The notes under the pieces: generated by a model | Told to the model about the DNA's origin: nothing | Seen by the model: only the letters and a program-made list of their open reading frames with translations | Database searches by the model: none | Assembly (NCBI GenBank): GCA_045593885.1 | Contig: JAZNXN010000033.1 | Span: 1,682-65,681, forward strand | Length of the DNA: 64,000 nucleotides | Source of the DNA: Eubacteriales bacterium | Lineage (GTDB): Bacteria; Bacillota; Clostridia; Oscillospirales; CAG-272 | Reading direction: 5' to 3' | Program-made: the position numbers and the translations under genes | Shown here: positions 19,726 through 27,909 of the stretch, one piece after another | How the letters are laid out: the number at the start of each line of letters is the position of its first letter | Numbering within the stretch: the stretch's first letter is position 1

Positions 19726-20065
19726 ATACACAAAAAAGCTCCTTGACTACACCTCTCTCTGCCTCGGCAGAGAGAACCGTATGCGCGAGCTTCTGCGCGA
19801 CGGACTTCCCTCTCTCGAAAAATTTGCGTTTTCGATAAACGTGACAAGAGAAACCCTCGATTATTGGGCGGGCAAAAAACGCGAGTTTTCGCTCGCCCTC
19901 GCCGAGGCAAAGGCAAGAATAAACGATATTATAACAGATGCGGCGGCATTCAAGCTCATAGACCCCACCTTCGTTAAGTTTTTGCTGACCGAGGTATACG
20001 GCAAAGGCGAGGGGGATATAGAACAGGGACGTCCGTTTGAAGTGAATCTTACGGTGGTGAAGTGA
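19706..20065 (+). CDS. Putative terminase small subunit
   Basis: PSLEKFA..INVTRETLDYW...EFSLAL..AKARI HTH-type signature; directly upstream of TerL; ATG at 19706. Confidence 0.65.
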   Translation: MKKFKSEYTKKLLDYTSLCLGRENRMRELLRDGLPSLEKFAFSINVTRETLDYWAGKKREFSLALAEAKARINDIITDAAAFKLIDPTFVKFLLTEVYGKGEGDIEQGRPFEVNLTVVK

Positions 20066-21426
20066 TGGATATATCAGTCAGCGAAAAGCAATACCTTTTC
20101 ATAACCTCAGAGCATACCGAAACTCTTTTCGGAGGGGCGGCGGGCGGGGGAAAATCCTACGGTCAGCTCGTTGATGCTATGCTCTACGCGCTGAAATACC
20201 CAAAATCAAAGCAGCTGATACTGCGGCGCACCTACAACGAGCTTGAAAAATCGCTGATACGCGTGAGTCTTTCGCTCTATCCGCGTGAAATCTACTCCTA
20301 CAACGCATCAAAGCATACGGGAGTATTCATAAACGGCAGTATTCTCGATTTCGGCTACTGCGCGACGGAGAACGACGTTTATCAGTATCAGTCGGCGGAG
20401 TACGACGTAATACGCTTCGACGAGCTGACGCACTTTACCGAGTTTCAGTACCTTTACCTCATATCGAGAGTAAGGGGTGCAAACGGCTACCCAAAAATGA
20501 TAAAATCCTCGACTAACCCCGGGGGTGTGGGACATTCCTGGGTGAAGGCACGCTTCGTTGACATAGGAGAGCCGAGCACGGTATATACCGACGTAGACGG
20601 GCGCACGCGCATTTTCATTCCTTCAAAGATTGATGACAACACCTTCCTTATGCAGAGCGACCCCGATTACAAGAAACGCCTGCTCGCACTGCCCGAAAAT
20701 CAGGTGAAGGCACTTCTCTTTGGCGATTGGAACATATTTGAGGGACAGTACTTTTCCGAGTTTGACTACTCGGTGCATACCGTGTCCCCCTTCGAGATTC
20801 CGTCGGAATGGCGGCGGTACAGAACTGTAGACTACGGTCTTGACAGACTGGCGTGCCTGTGGGTTGCAATAAGCCCCTTGGGCGAGATATACGTATACCG
20901 CGAGCTGTGTCAGAGCAATCTGATGATAAGCGAGGCGGCGGAGAGGATAACAGAAAAAACCGACAAGGGCGAGAAAATATATGCAACTCTTGCGCCCCCC
21001 GACCTATTCAGTCGCTCGCAGGAGTCGGGAAAAAGCAAGGCGCTTCTTTTCGAGGAAAACGGCGTGAGATTCACAAAATCCTCAAACGACAGAGAGGCGG
21101 GCTGGCTGTGCATAAAGGAGCTTCTAAAGCGGGATGCAAACGGCGAGAGCAGGCTGAAAATTTTCAGAACCTGCACCGAGCTGATAAAATGCCTGCCTAT
21201 GCTTGAAACAGACCCTTATAAGCCAAACGACACAAAAAACGAGCCGCACGAGATAACGCACGCGCCCGATGCTCTGCGAGGCTTTGCAATCTTTTATACA
21301 AGACCGAATGCAAAAGGAAACGCAAGGGTAAAAAGAAGCTGGAGCGAGGATATGTGGCAGGACTATTACTGTGCAGATGCAAAGGGGCGGGAATATTTGA
21401 TTAAAAAATACGGAGAACCGAAATGA
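20062..21426 (+). CDS. Terminase large subunit (Terminase_6-like)
   Basis: Walker A GGAAGGGKS, Walker B IRFDELT, STNPGG motif, nuclease VDYG and HAPDALR; all intact. Confidence 0.93.
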   Translation: MMDISVSEKQYLFITSEHTETLFGGAAGGGKSYGQLVDAMLYALKYPKSKQLILRRTYNELEKSLIRVSLSLYPREIYSYNASKHTGVFINGSILDFGYCATENDVYQYQSAEYDVIRFDELTHFTEFQYLYLISRVRGANGYPKMIKSSTNPGGVGHSWVKARFVDIGEPSTVYTDVDGRTRIFIPSKIDDNTFLMQSDPDYKKRLLALPENQVKALLFGDWNIFEGQYFSEFDYSVHTVSPFEIPSEWRRYRTVDYGLDRLACLWVAISPLGEIYVYRELCQSNLMISEAAERITEKTDKGEKIYATLAPPDLFSRSQESGKSKALLFEENGVRFTKSSNDREAGWLCIKELLKRDANGESRLKIFRTCTELIKCLPMLETDPYKPNDTKNEPHEITHAPDALRGFAIFYTRPNAKGNARVKRSWSEDMWQDYYCADAKGREYLIKKYGEPK

Positions 21427-23240
21427 AAACAGAAAGAAACGAAAAAAGACTCGAATTTTTCGAAAATCTCTACCAGAACGCAAAGAGCGAGCTTGGCGAT
21501 ATATACGACAAATTCGAGCAGAATACCGAGCAGTATTACGGCAGTGACAAAATAGACAACTCATACGAAAGAGCCGCAGCCGTAAGAAATATAACCTACG
21601 AGATAGTAGAGTCGCAGGTGTCCTCCGAGATACCCGCCCCCTACGTTTCCCCGAAAAGGTACAGCGAAAGGCGCGAAAGAAATGCAAGGAGCATAGAGCG
21701 CCTGCTCGCGCAGGTGAGAGATTCTCTGCCCTTTGAGCAGCTCAACGATATCGACGAAAGATATACCTACGTTCTCGGCGGTAGCGTATGGTTTGTCGAA
21801 TGGGATAGCAGTATTATCACCGGCAGAGAGCGCGGCGGCGTCCGCATTCACTGCATAAATCCAAAGGATTTCATACCCGAGCCCAACATTTTCAGAATAG
21901 AGGATATGGAATACTGCTTTATGAGATTTGACACCACGCGCTCCGACGTAATATCGCGCTACGGTGTCAGTGAGGACAATATACCCAAGCTTTCCTCAGA
22001 GGGCATTGGTGTTGACGAGGGCGCGGCGGCAACGGTTATCGTGTGCTTCTACCGAAATGAGTATGGACGCGTATCGCAGTTTTCCTTTTGCGGAGAGGTC
22101 ATACTGACCGACATTGAGGATTACTACGCAAGAAAGGTGCCCGTCTGTCCGGTATGCAACGAAAAAGGCGGTGTTTGCTCGTGTAATAAGGAAATGACAC
22201 TGACAGACGAGCTGTTCGAGTGTGTTTCTGCCGACGAAATTACAGATGACAGTGGCGAGCACGCTCAGTCGGACGGAACTGTTTTGCTGCCATACTACAC
22301 CCCCTCGTTTTTCCCGATAGTTATAAGGAGAAATACCTCGAAGGACCGCTCACTGATGGGACAGAGCGATTGCGAATTTATCCGCTGTCAGCAGCAACAG
22401 ATAAACAAAATTGAGAGCAGGATAATGCAAAAGCTCATGCGCTCTGGAATAACACCCATCGTGCCCGACGATGCCGAAATAGCCCTCAATAACCAGATAT
22501 TCGGTCAGGTCTTAAAGCTCCGTCCGAGCGAGAACAGCTCAATGTACGGCACGATAGACACAACCCCCGATATATCCCAGGATATTCAACAGGCAGACAG
22601 GCTATACGAGCAGGCAAAGAGGATAGTCGGAATCAGCGACGCATACCAGGGCTTTTCCGAGGACCTCGCTGCCTCGGGAGTTGCAAGACAGCTAATGGTA
22701 AACCAGTCGGCAGGCAGACTCGAATCAAAGAAAAATATGAAAAATTCCGCATATGCTGAGCTGGACAGAATAATCTTTTCGTACTACCTTGCCTACGCGG
22801 ACGAGCCGAGGGCGTTGGCATTCAAGGATTCCTTCGGCAGAATACACAACCTTCAGTTTGACAGACACGATTTCATCGAGTACGACCAAATCAGCGGCGA
22901 ATACTATTATGACGACGGATATATCTTCACCGTTGATAAGAGCAAGTCGGTAGAGCAGCAAAGAGAGTATATTTGGCAGAAAAATCTCGAAAATCTGCGC
23001 TCGGGTACGCTCGGCGACCCTCTCGCCCCCGAAACGCTTCTGCGCTATTGGCAATGCCAGGAAAGAGCGCATTATCCGTTTGCACGCGACAACGTTGAAT
23101 ATTTCAGCATATTGCTTTCACGCAAGGATAAAAATGAGGAAAAAAACCACAAAAACGGCGAAGGCGAAGGCGATGTGAGCGCAAGCGCAGCCGACAAGGC
23201 GGAGACACTTATTGCAAACAGCAAGGAAAGTACCGTCTGA
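21423..23240 (+). CDS. Portal protein (P22/podovirus-like) with Cys4 insert
   Basis: 605 aa after TerL; IVESQVSS.IP.P.V.P, ARSIERLL, FFPIVIRRN...SLMGQSD, GISDAYQG...ASGVA..L..NQSAGRL; CPVC...CSC insert. Confidence 0.8.
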   Translation: MKTERNEKRLEFFENLYQNAKSELGDIYDKFEQNTEQYYGSDKIDNSYERAAAVRNITYEIVESQVSSEIPAPYVSPKRYSERRERNARSIERLLAQVRDSLPFEQLNDIDERYTYVLGGSVWFVEWDSSIITGRERGGVRIHCINPKDFIPEPNIFRIEDMEYCFMRFDTTRSDVISRYGVSEDNIPKLSSEGIGVDEGAAATVIVCFYRNEYGRVSQFSFCGEVILTDIEDYYARKVPVCPVCNEKGGVCSCNKEMTLTDELFECVSADEITDDSGEHAQSDGTVLLPYYTPSFFPIVIRRNTSKDRSLMGQSDCEFIRCQQQQINKIESRIMQKLMRSGITPIVPDDAEIALNNQIFGQVLKLRPSENSSMYGTIDTTPDISQDIQQADRLYEQAKRIVGISDAYQGFSEDLAASGVARQLMVNQSAGRLESKKNMKNSAYAELDRIIFSYYLAYADEPRALAFKDSFGRIHNLQFDRHDFIEYDQISGEYYYDDGYIFTVDKSKSVEQQREYIWQKNLENLRSGTLGDPLAPETLLRYWQCQERAHYPFARDNVEYFSILLSRKDKNEEKNHKNGEGEGDVSASAADKAETLIANSKESTV

Positions 23241-23274
23241 ACCAAAAATAGTCGAAGATATTTTGCGATTTCTA

Positions 23275-23303
23275 TTGACAAATTTCAGCATTTATGGTAT
23301 CAT
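23275..23303 (+). promoter_or_regulatory. Sigma-A promoter
   Basis: TTGACA-17-TATCAT with TG extension. Confidence 0.75.
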
Positions 23304-23341
23304 TAAATTGCCAAAAATTGTCAAATACAGGAGAATTTCAA

Positions 23342-23527
23342 ATGCAACGCAATATGTACATAGAAAATTTTCTGAAAACAACTGATATAGAGAAGCTGTC
23401 GTTTGCCAGAACGAGAATTATACCCCTTATCGATGGGGCTCGGAGCACCGACACACTATGGCTGTGCGCGCTCTGCTACGAGCTTGGGCGCAGAGAATGC
23501 AATGAGTCGGAGAAAGAGGTTGAATGA
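23342..23527 (+). CDS. 61-aa hypothetical protein (monocistronic)
   Basis: Own promoter, RBS AGGAG and downstream terminator. Confidence 0.55.
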   Translation: MQRNMYIENFLKTTDIEKLSFARTRIIPLIDGARSTDTLWLCALCYELGRRECNESEKEVE

Positions 23528-23531
23528 CGGG

Positions 23532-23564
23532 GTGCCCCTTCAAGCTGTGAAGGGGCACTTTTTT
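23532..23564 (+). terminator. Intrinsic terminator
   Basis: GTGCCCCTTCA-agctg-TGAAGGGGCAC-TTTTTT. Confidence 0.85.
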
Positions 23565-23604
23565 ACTGAAAACCGAATAAATTTTACTTATTTTGACAAA
23601 GCAC

Positions 23605-23633
23605 TTGACATACCGCACCCTCTATGATATCTT
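23605..23633 (+). promoter_or_regulatory. Sigma-A promoter
   Basis: TTGACA-17-TATCTT with TG extension. Confidence 0.6.
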
Positions 23634-23673
23634 TAGGGTGGAACCACAAAAAACTTATAATGAGGTTTGGAAA

Positions 23674-26040
23674 ATGAGTATCATCAGGCATATTTCAGGT
23701 TCAATCAAGGGCGGTTATCTTTCGGTCATTACCGGCGATAACATGATGAAGGCGAAAAAGGTATTGCTCACCGATACGGCAAAAAACTCGTATGAGTGCG
23801 AGGTTCTCAACAAAACAGTATCCACCGCTACCTTCCGCGTGCCGAAGGGCGAATACCGCTGCTTTAAGGTCAAGGTTGTTTACGAAAACGGCGAAAGCAA
23901 CGAAATTGCTCTGAACTCACCTAAAATTCTTTGGGTGCTTGAAAACAGTCTTGTTTCGGGCGGAGAGCTTCGTGTTATAGGCGAGAGCCTTATAAATATA
24001 GACGTTTATGAGGAAAGAGAGGGTACAAGCACCAAGGGAGGATACGGAAGATATGCCGAAAACCGCGACACCCGTCTTATTCTCAGGGGTAAAAGCGATT
24101 ACGAGCTGAATATAAAGCGTATCAGCAATTACGAGGTATGCGCTGATATTCCAAAGGATATCGAGTGCGGTGAATACGACGTATACGTTATACGCGACTC
24201 GGTATCCGAGCCGTACAGAATAACGGTAAGAGAAAACATAGCTTATCCCGACAAAACATTCAACGTTTTGGATTTCGGAGCAAGGGCTATCCCTCTGCGC
24301 GACGTTTATTACGAGAATTTCTTTGATAGCGCTGACGCGTTTCAGGCGGCTCTCAATGCCGCGCGCGACAACGGTGGCGGAACTGTATTCGTGCCAAACG
24401 GACGCTACTGCCTCAAGAAGGGCATCCGCATATATCCTCACACAAGGCTCGTAGGCGAGGACAGCGACAGAGTCTGGATAGAAACACCAAAGGGAATGGG
24501 CGGCGAGGACGGCTGGGGTACCTTCACTGAGGGGCGCGCCATTTACGCCGTAATTGCAGGCGAGGACGGTGATTTCACTATTGAAAACCTGAATATCCTC
24601 ACAGTATATTCCCCTGCGATAATTATGGCTCCTATGATACACGGCGACCCTGTGCTCGGAGATGATACCTACAATTACAGGCCTCTCTACTCTAACCTCA
24701 TTGACGAGGGAAAGCACGCGGAAAATATAGTTATACGCAATTGCTGCCTCGTTCATCAGCCGACCTTTATCGGACAGAGGAAGAAGGCGGGAGACCCCTA
24801 CTATACAGGTCACTACAATAACCGAGATAAATACGTTGAGAATCCCACAGAGGGATATTTTGCGGCGCTCGAGCATTACAGCGCGATTGCCATTAAGGGC
24901 GACAAAATAACCGTTGAGAATAACAGAATCTTCGGTGCGGGCTCCTGCGTACGTCTGCTCGGCACACACAATGCAAGCCTTTCATCAAACGAGCTGTTCA
25001 GCGGAACTCTCGGTAACTGCTTCGGTATGTTCTCGCAGAATTACAACCCTAATTCAACCTGGGTACGTCAGGTAAATAATATAGTTATGGAAAATAACCT
25101 CATGAAGCCCATGACAGACAATGCACGCGGAACGATGTGGATAATGGAGGACCATTCCAACTACTATATGAGAGGCAACAAGCTCGAGCCGTTCTCCTAC
25201 ACGAGCGACAATGAGGGCTTCTGCTTCCACTATTGGGGCGAATATTACAGAATAAAGGCGCTCGGCGGTCAGCGCGAGATAAGGCTCAATATGGACAGTC
25301 TCATTGACCGCTATCCCGCATATAAGGGCAGAATTGCCGAGGGCAAGAAATTCATAAGGGACACCTTCAAGGATTGGTATTTCTACGTTACGGGCGGTAC
25401 GGGTGTATGCCAGATGCGCCGCGTCGTTTCAAACACAGAGGACACCCTCACCCTTGACGCACCCCTTGACTGCGAGCTTGACAGGAGCTCTATAATCTCG
25501 GTATCTAACGTTGCGAAGTTCACGAACAACATCGTTACCGACAACGAGGTTGGTGACCTTGGCCGCGGAGTTTACTACTGGGGCGGCTGCGTGGGCGCTA
25601 TTTCCGACGGAAATACCCTCTCGATGAACAGCGGTGTGCTCTACGAGGACCTTAGCATTAACTACGAATACAAGTGGCATTGGCAGAGTGCAGGCGCTAT
25701 GCTTGGACAGATAATAAACAACAAGCTCACAAAGCCACGCGGCTTCTGCTCAAACTACGGCGTTATCGGCGTCAAGTGCGGAACTCTGGCGGCAAGCTCT
25801 GTATCGGTCATCATCCGTTCAAACGTCTGTGAGGATGATTCGGTGCTCGTGGCTAAGCCGAAAAGAGATGCGGAGGACGGACTCAACTACGAGGGCATCG
25901 TTATGGAGAACAATATCTCTGTTGACTGCGAGATAGGAATTGAAACCTCGCCCGCCGTCGGCATAACGATTTCGAGCAACGAGTGCGTAAACGTTAAAGA
26001 GCCTATCGTGGGCGCAGGCGCGTGCGCGGTTATTCTTTAA
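23674..26040 (+). CDS. Pectate-lyase-superfamily right-handed beta-helix glycan-active enzyme
   Basis: FNVLDFGA..DSADAFQAALNAA...GGTVFVPNGRY motif and Asn-ladder repeats; start moved to ATG 23674 after RBS GAGG. Confidence 0.75.
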   Translation: MSIIRHISGSIKGGYLSVITGDNMMKAKKVLLTDTAKNSYECEVLNKTVSTATFRVPKGEYRCFKVKVVYENGESNEIALNSPKILWVLENSLVSGGELRVIGESLINIDVYEEREGTSTKGGYGRYAENRDTRLILRGKSDYELNIKRISNYEVCADIPKDIECGEYDVYVIRDSVSEPYRITVRENIAYPDKTFNVLDFGARAIPLRDVYYENFFDSADAFQAALNAARDNGGGTVFVPNGRYCLKKGIRIYPHTRLVGEDSDRVWIETPKGMGGEDGWGTFTEGRAIYAVIAGEDGDFTIENLNILTVYSPAIIMAPMIHGDPVLGDDTYNYRPLYSNLIDEGKHAENIVIRNCCLVHQPTFIGQRKKAGDPYYTGHYNNRDKYVENPTEGYFAALEHYSAIAIKGDKITVENNRIFGAGSCVRLLGTHNASLSSNELFSGTLGNCFGMFSQNYNPNSTWVRQVNNIVMENNLMKPMTDNARGTMWIMEDHSNYYMRGNKLEPFSYTSDNEGFCFHYWGEYYRIKALGGQREIRLNMDSLIDRYPAYKGRIAEGKKFIRDTFKDWYFYVTGGTGVCQMRRVVSNTEDTLTLDAPLDCELDRSSIISVSNVAKFTNNIVTDNEVGDLGRGVYYWGGCVGAISDGNTLSMNSGVLYEDLSINYEYKWHWQSAGAMLGQIINNKLTKPRGFCSNYGVIGVKCGTLAASSVSVIIRSNVCEDDSVLVAKPKRDAEDGLNYEGIVMENNISVDCEIGIETSPAVGITISSNECVNVKEPIVGAGACAVIL

Positions 26041-26060
26041 TATTTTATTTTGAAAACCTA

Positions 26061-26089
26061 TTGACAATATTATAAAAGAGTGATATATT
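26061..26089 (+). promoter_or_regulatory. Sigma-A promoter for the ABC exporter operon
   Basis: TTGACA-17-TATATT with TG extension. Confidence 0.65.
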
Positions 26090-26163
26090 TAATTTAATAG
26101 AAAAACGAGTGGTGTAAACAAGTGTTAGCACTGCTCGTTTTATTGTGAAAGGATTGATAAAGG

Positions 26164-27909
26164 ATGATAAAAACCTTAGCAAAAAGCATAAGGGAATACA
26201 AAAAAGCGTCAATTCTCACCCCCCTCACCGTAGCCTGCGAGGTAGTGCTCGAATGTATAATTCCGTTCATTATCGCAGAGCTGGTGAACAGAATCAAGGG
26301 TGGGGCGGGCATTGACACCATCGCAAAATTCGGCGGACTTTTAATCGTGATGGCTATACTGTCGCTCAGCTTCGGCGTTTTGTCGGGATATACCGGCTCT
26401 ACCGCCTCCTGCGGATTTGCAAAGAATTTAAGACACGATATATTTTACAGCATACAGGACTATTCCTTTGCAAATATAGACAGGTTTATGACCTCATCTC
26501 TGGTCACGCGACTCACAACAGACGTTACCAACGTGCAGATGGCGTATATGATGCTGATTCGCGTTGCAATACGCGCGCCGCTGATGCTGACGTTTGCATT
26601 CATTATGGCGTTTGTGATGGGCGGCTCTCTTGCCTGGATATTTTTGTTCGTAGTACCTATATTGGCAATAGGACTTTTCTTAGTCGCAAGGAGCGCCATG
26701 CCGCTTTTCAGGCAGGTTTTCAAGAAGTATGACAGACTCAATTCCTCGATTCAGGAGAACGTCAAGGGCGCAAGAGTGGTAAAGTCATTCGTGCGCGAGG
26801 ACTTCGAGCAGAAGAAGTTTGATATGGCAGCGAGCGAGGTGTGCATGGACTTCACGCGGGCTGAGCGAATAGTGGCGATAAACTCACCGCTTATGCAGTT
26901 CTGTCTTTATTCGGTTATGGTGTTTGTTCTCACCTTCGGCTCTTACACCGTAATAAGCACCTCGGGAGCCGACGTTGACGTCGGACAGATGTCCGCTATG
27001 CTCACCTACGGCTTTATGATACTCTCGAGCCTTATGATGATATCAATGATTATGGTAATGCTGACCATGGCTCAGCAGTCGGGCAGGCGAATTGCGGAGC
27101 TTCTCAATGAAAAGAGCACGCTGAATAATCCCGAAAATCCCATATATGAGGTAAAGGACGGCTCAATCAGCTTCAACGGCGTTGGCTTTTCCTATTCTGA
27201 AAACGCGAGGAAGGCGGCGCTGTCAGGCGTAAATCTTGAAATCCGCTCGGGCGAAACGGTAGGAATTATCGGCTCAACCGGCTCGTCGAAGACCACGCTG
27301 GTACAGCTGATATGCCGCTTATATGACACAACTGAGGGCACGGTATCGGTGGGCGGACACGATGTGCGCGATTACGATATAGAAACGCTTCGCAACAGCG
27401 TTGCTATGGTTTTGCAGAAAAACGTGCTGTTCTCGGGAACGATAAAGGAAAATCTGCGTTGGGGAAATAAGGATGCGAGCGACGAGGAAATGAGGCACGC
27501 GTGCGCGCTTGCCTGTGCTGACGAGTTTATCGACACCTTCCCTCTCGGCTACGACACCTACATCGAGCAGGGCGGTGCTAACGTTTCGGGCGGACAGAAG
27601 CAAAGGCTGTGCATCGCACGCGCGCTTCTCAAGAAGCCCAAGATACTGATTCTTGATGATTCAACCAGCGCGGTTGATACGAGAACCGACGCAAAAATCC
27701 GCGCTGCAATGAAGGAATACATTCCCGAAACGACAAAAATCATAATCGCGCAGAGAATTGCCTCTGTTGAGGACGCCGATAGAATTATAGTTATGGACGG
27801 CGGACAGGTGAGCGCTATCGGCTCGCATAAGGAGCTTATGCGCGACAGTGAAATATACCGCGAGATATACGAATCTCAATGCAAGGCAGGTGCTGAAAAT
27901 GAAGACTAA
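26164..27909 (+). CDS. Heterodimeric multidrug-type ABC exporter, subunit 1 (degenerate site)
   Basis: Six-TM domain; GSTGSSKT, VSGGQKQR, ILDDST (Asp in place of the catalytic Glu), IAQR. Confidence 0.93.
   Translation: MIKTLAKSIREYKKASILTPLTVACEVVLECIIPFIIAELVNRIKGGAGIDTIAKFGGLLIVMAILSLSFGVLSGYTGSTASCGFAKNLRHDIFYSIQDYSFANIDRFMTSSLVTRLTTDVTNVQMAYMMLIRVAIRAPLMLTFAFIMAFVMGGSLAWIFLFVVPILAIGLFLVARSAMPLFRQVFKKYDRLNSSIQENVKGARVVKSFVREDFEQKKFDMAASEVCMDFTRAERIVAINSPLMQFCLYSVMVFVLTFGSYTVISTSGADVDVGQMSAMLTYGFMILSSLMMISMIMVMLTMAQQSGRRIAELLNEKSTLNNPENPIYEVKDGSISFNGVGFSYSENARKAALSGVNLEIRSGETVGIIGSTGSSKTTLVQLICRLYDTTEGTVSVGGHDVRDYDIETLRNSVAMVLQKNVLFSGTIKENLRWGNKDASDEEMRHACALACADEFIDTFPLGYDTYIEQGGANVSGGQKQRLCIARALLKKPKILILDDSTSAVDTRTDAKIRAAMKEYIPETTKIIIAQRIASVEDADRIIVMDGGQVSAIGSHKELMRDSEIYREIYESQCKAGAENED

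Larger units (their letters stand above)
10355..23240 (+). mobile_element. Podovirus-like virion morphogenesis cassette lacking integrase, replication and lysis genes (GTA-like element or cryptic prophage)
   Basis: 15 co-oriented, closely packed ORFs including capsid, adaptor, tail proteins, TerS, TerL and portal; flanked by host genes; no att repeats seen. Confidence 0.8.

Noticed and set aside
10116-23600. Complete inducible prophage or PICI/satellite
   Set aside because: No integrase, repressor, primase/replication or endolysin ORF, and no direct repeat shared by the two flanks that I could find
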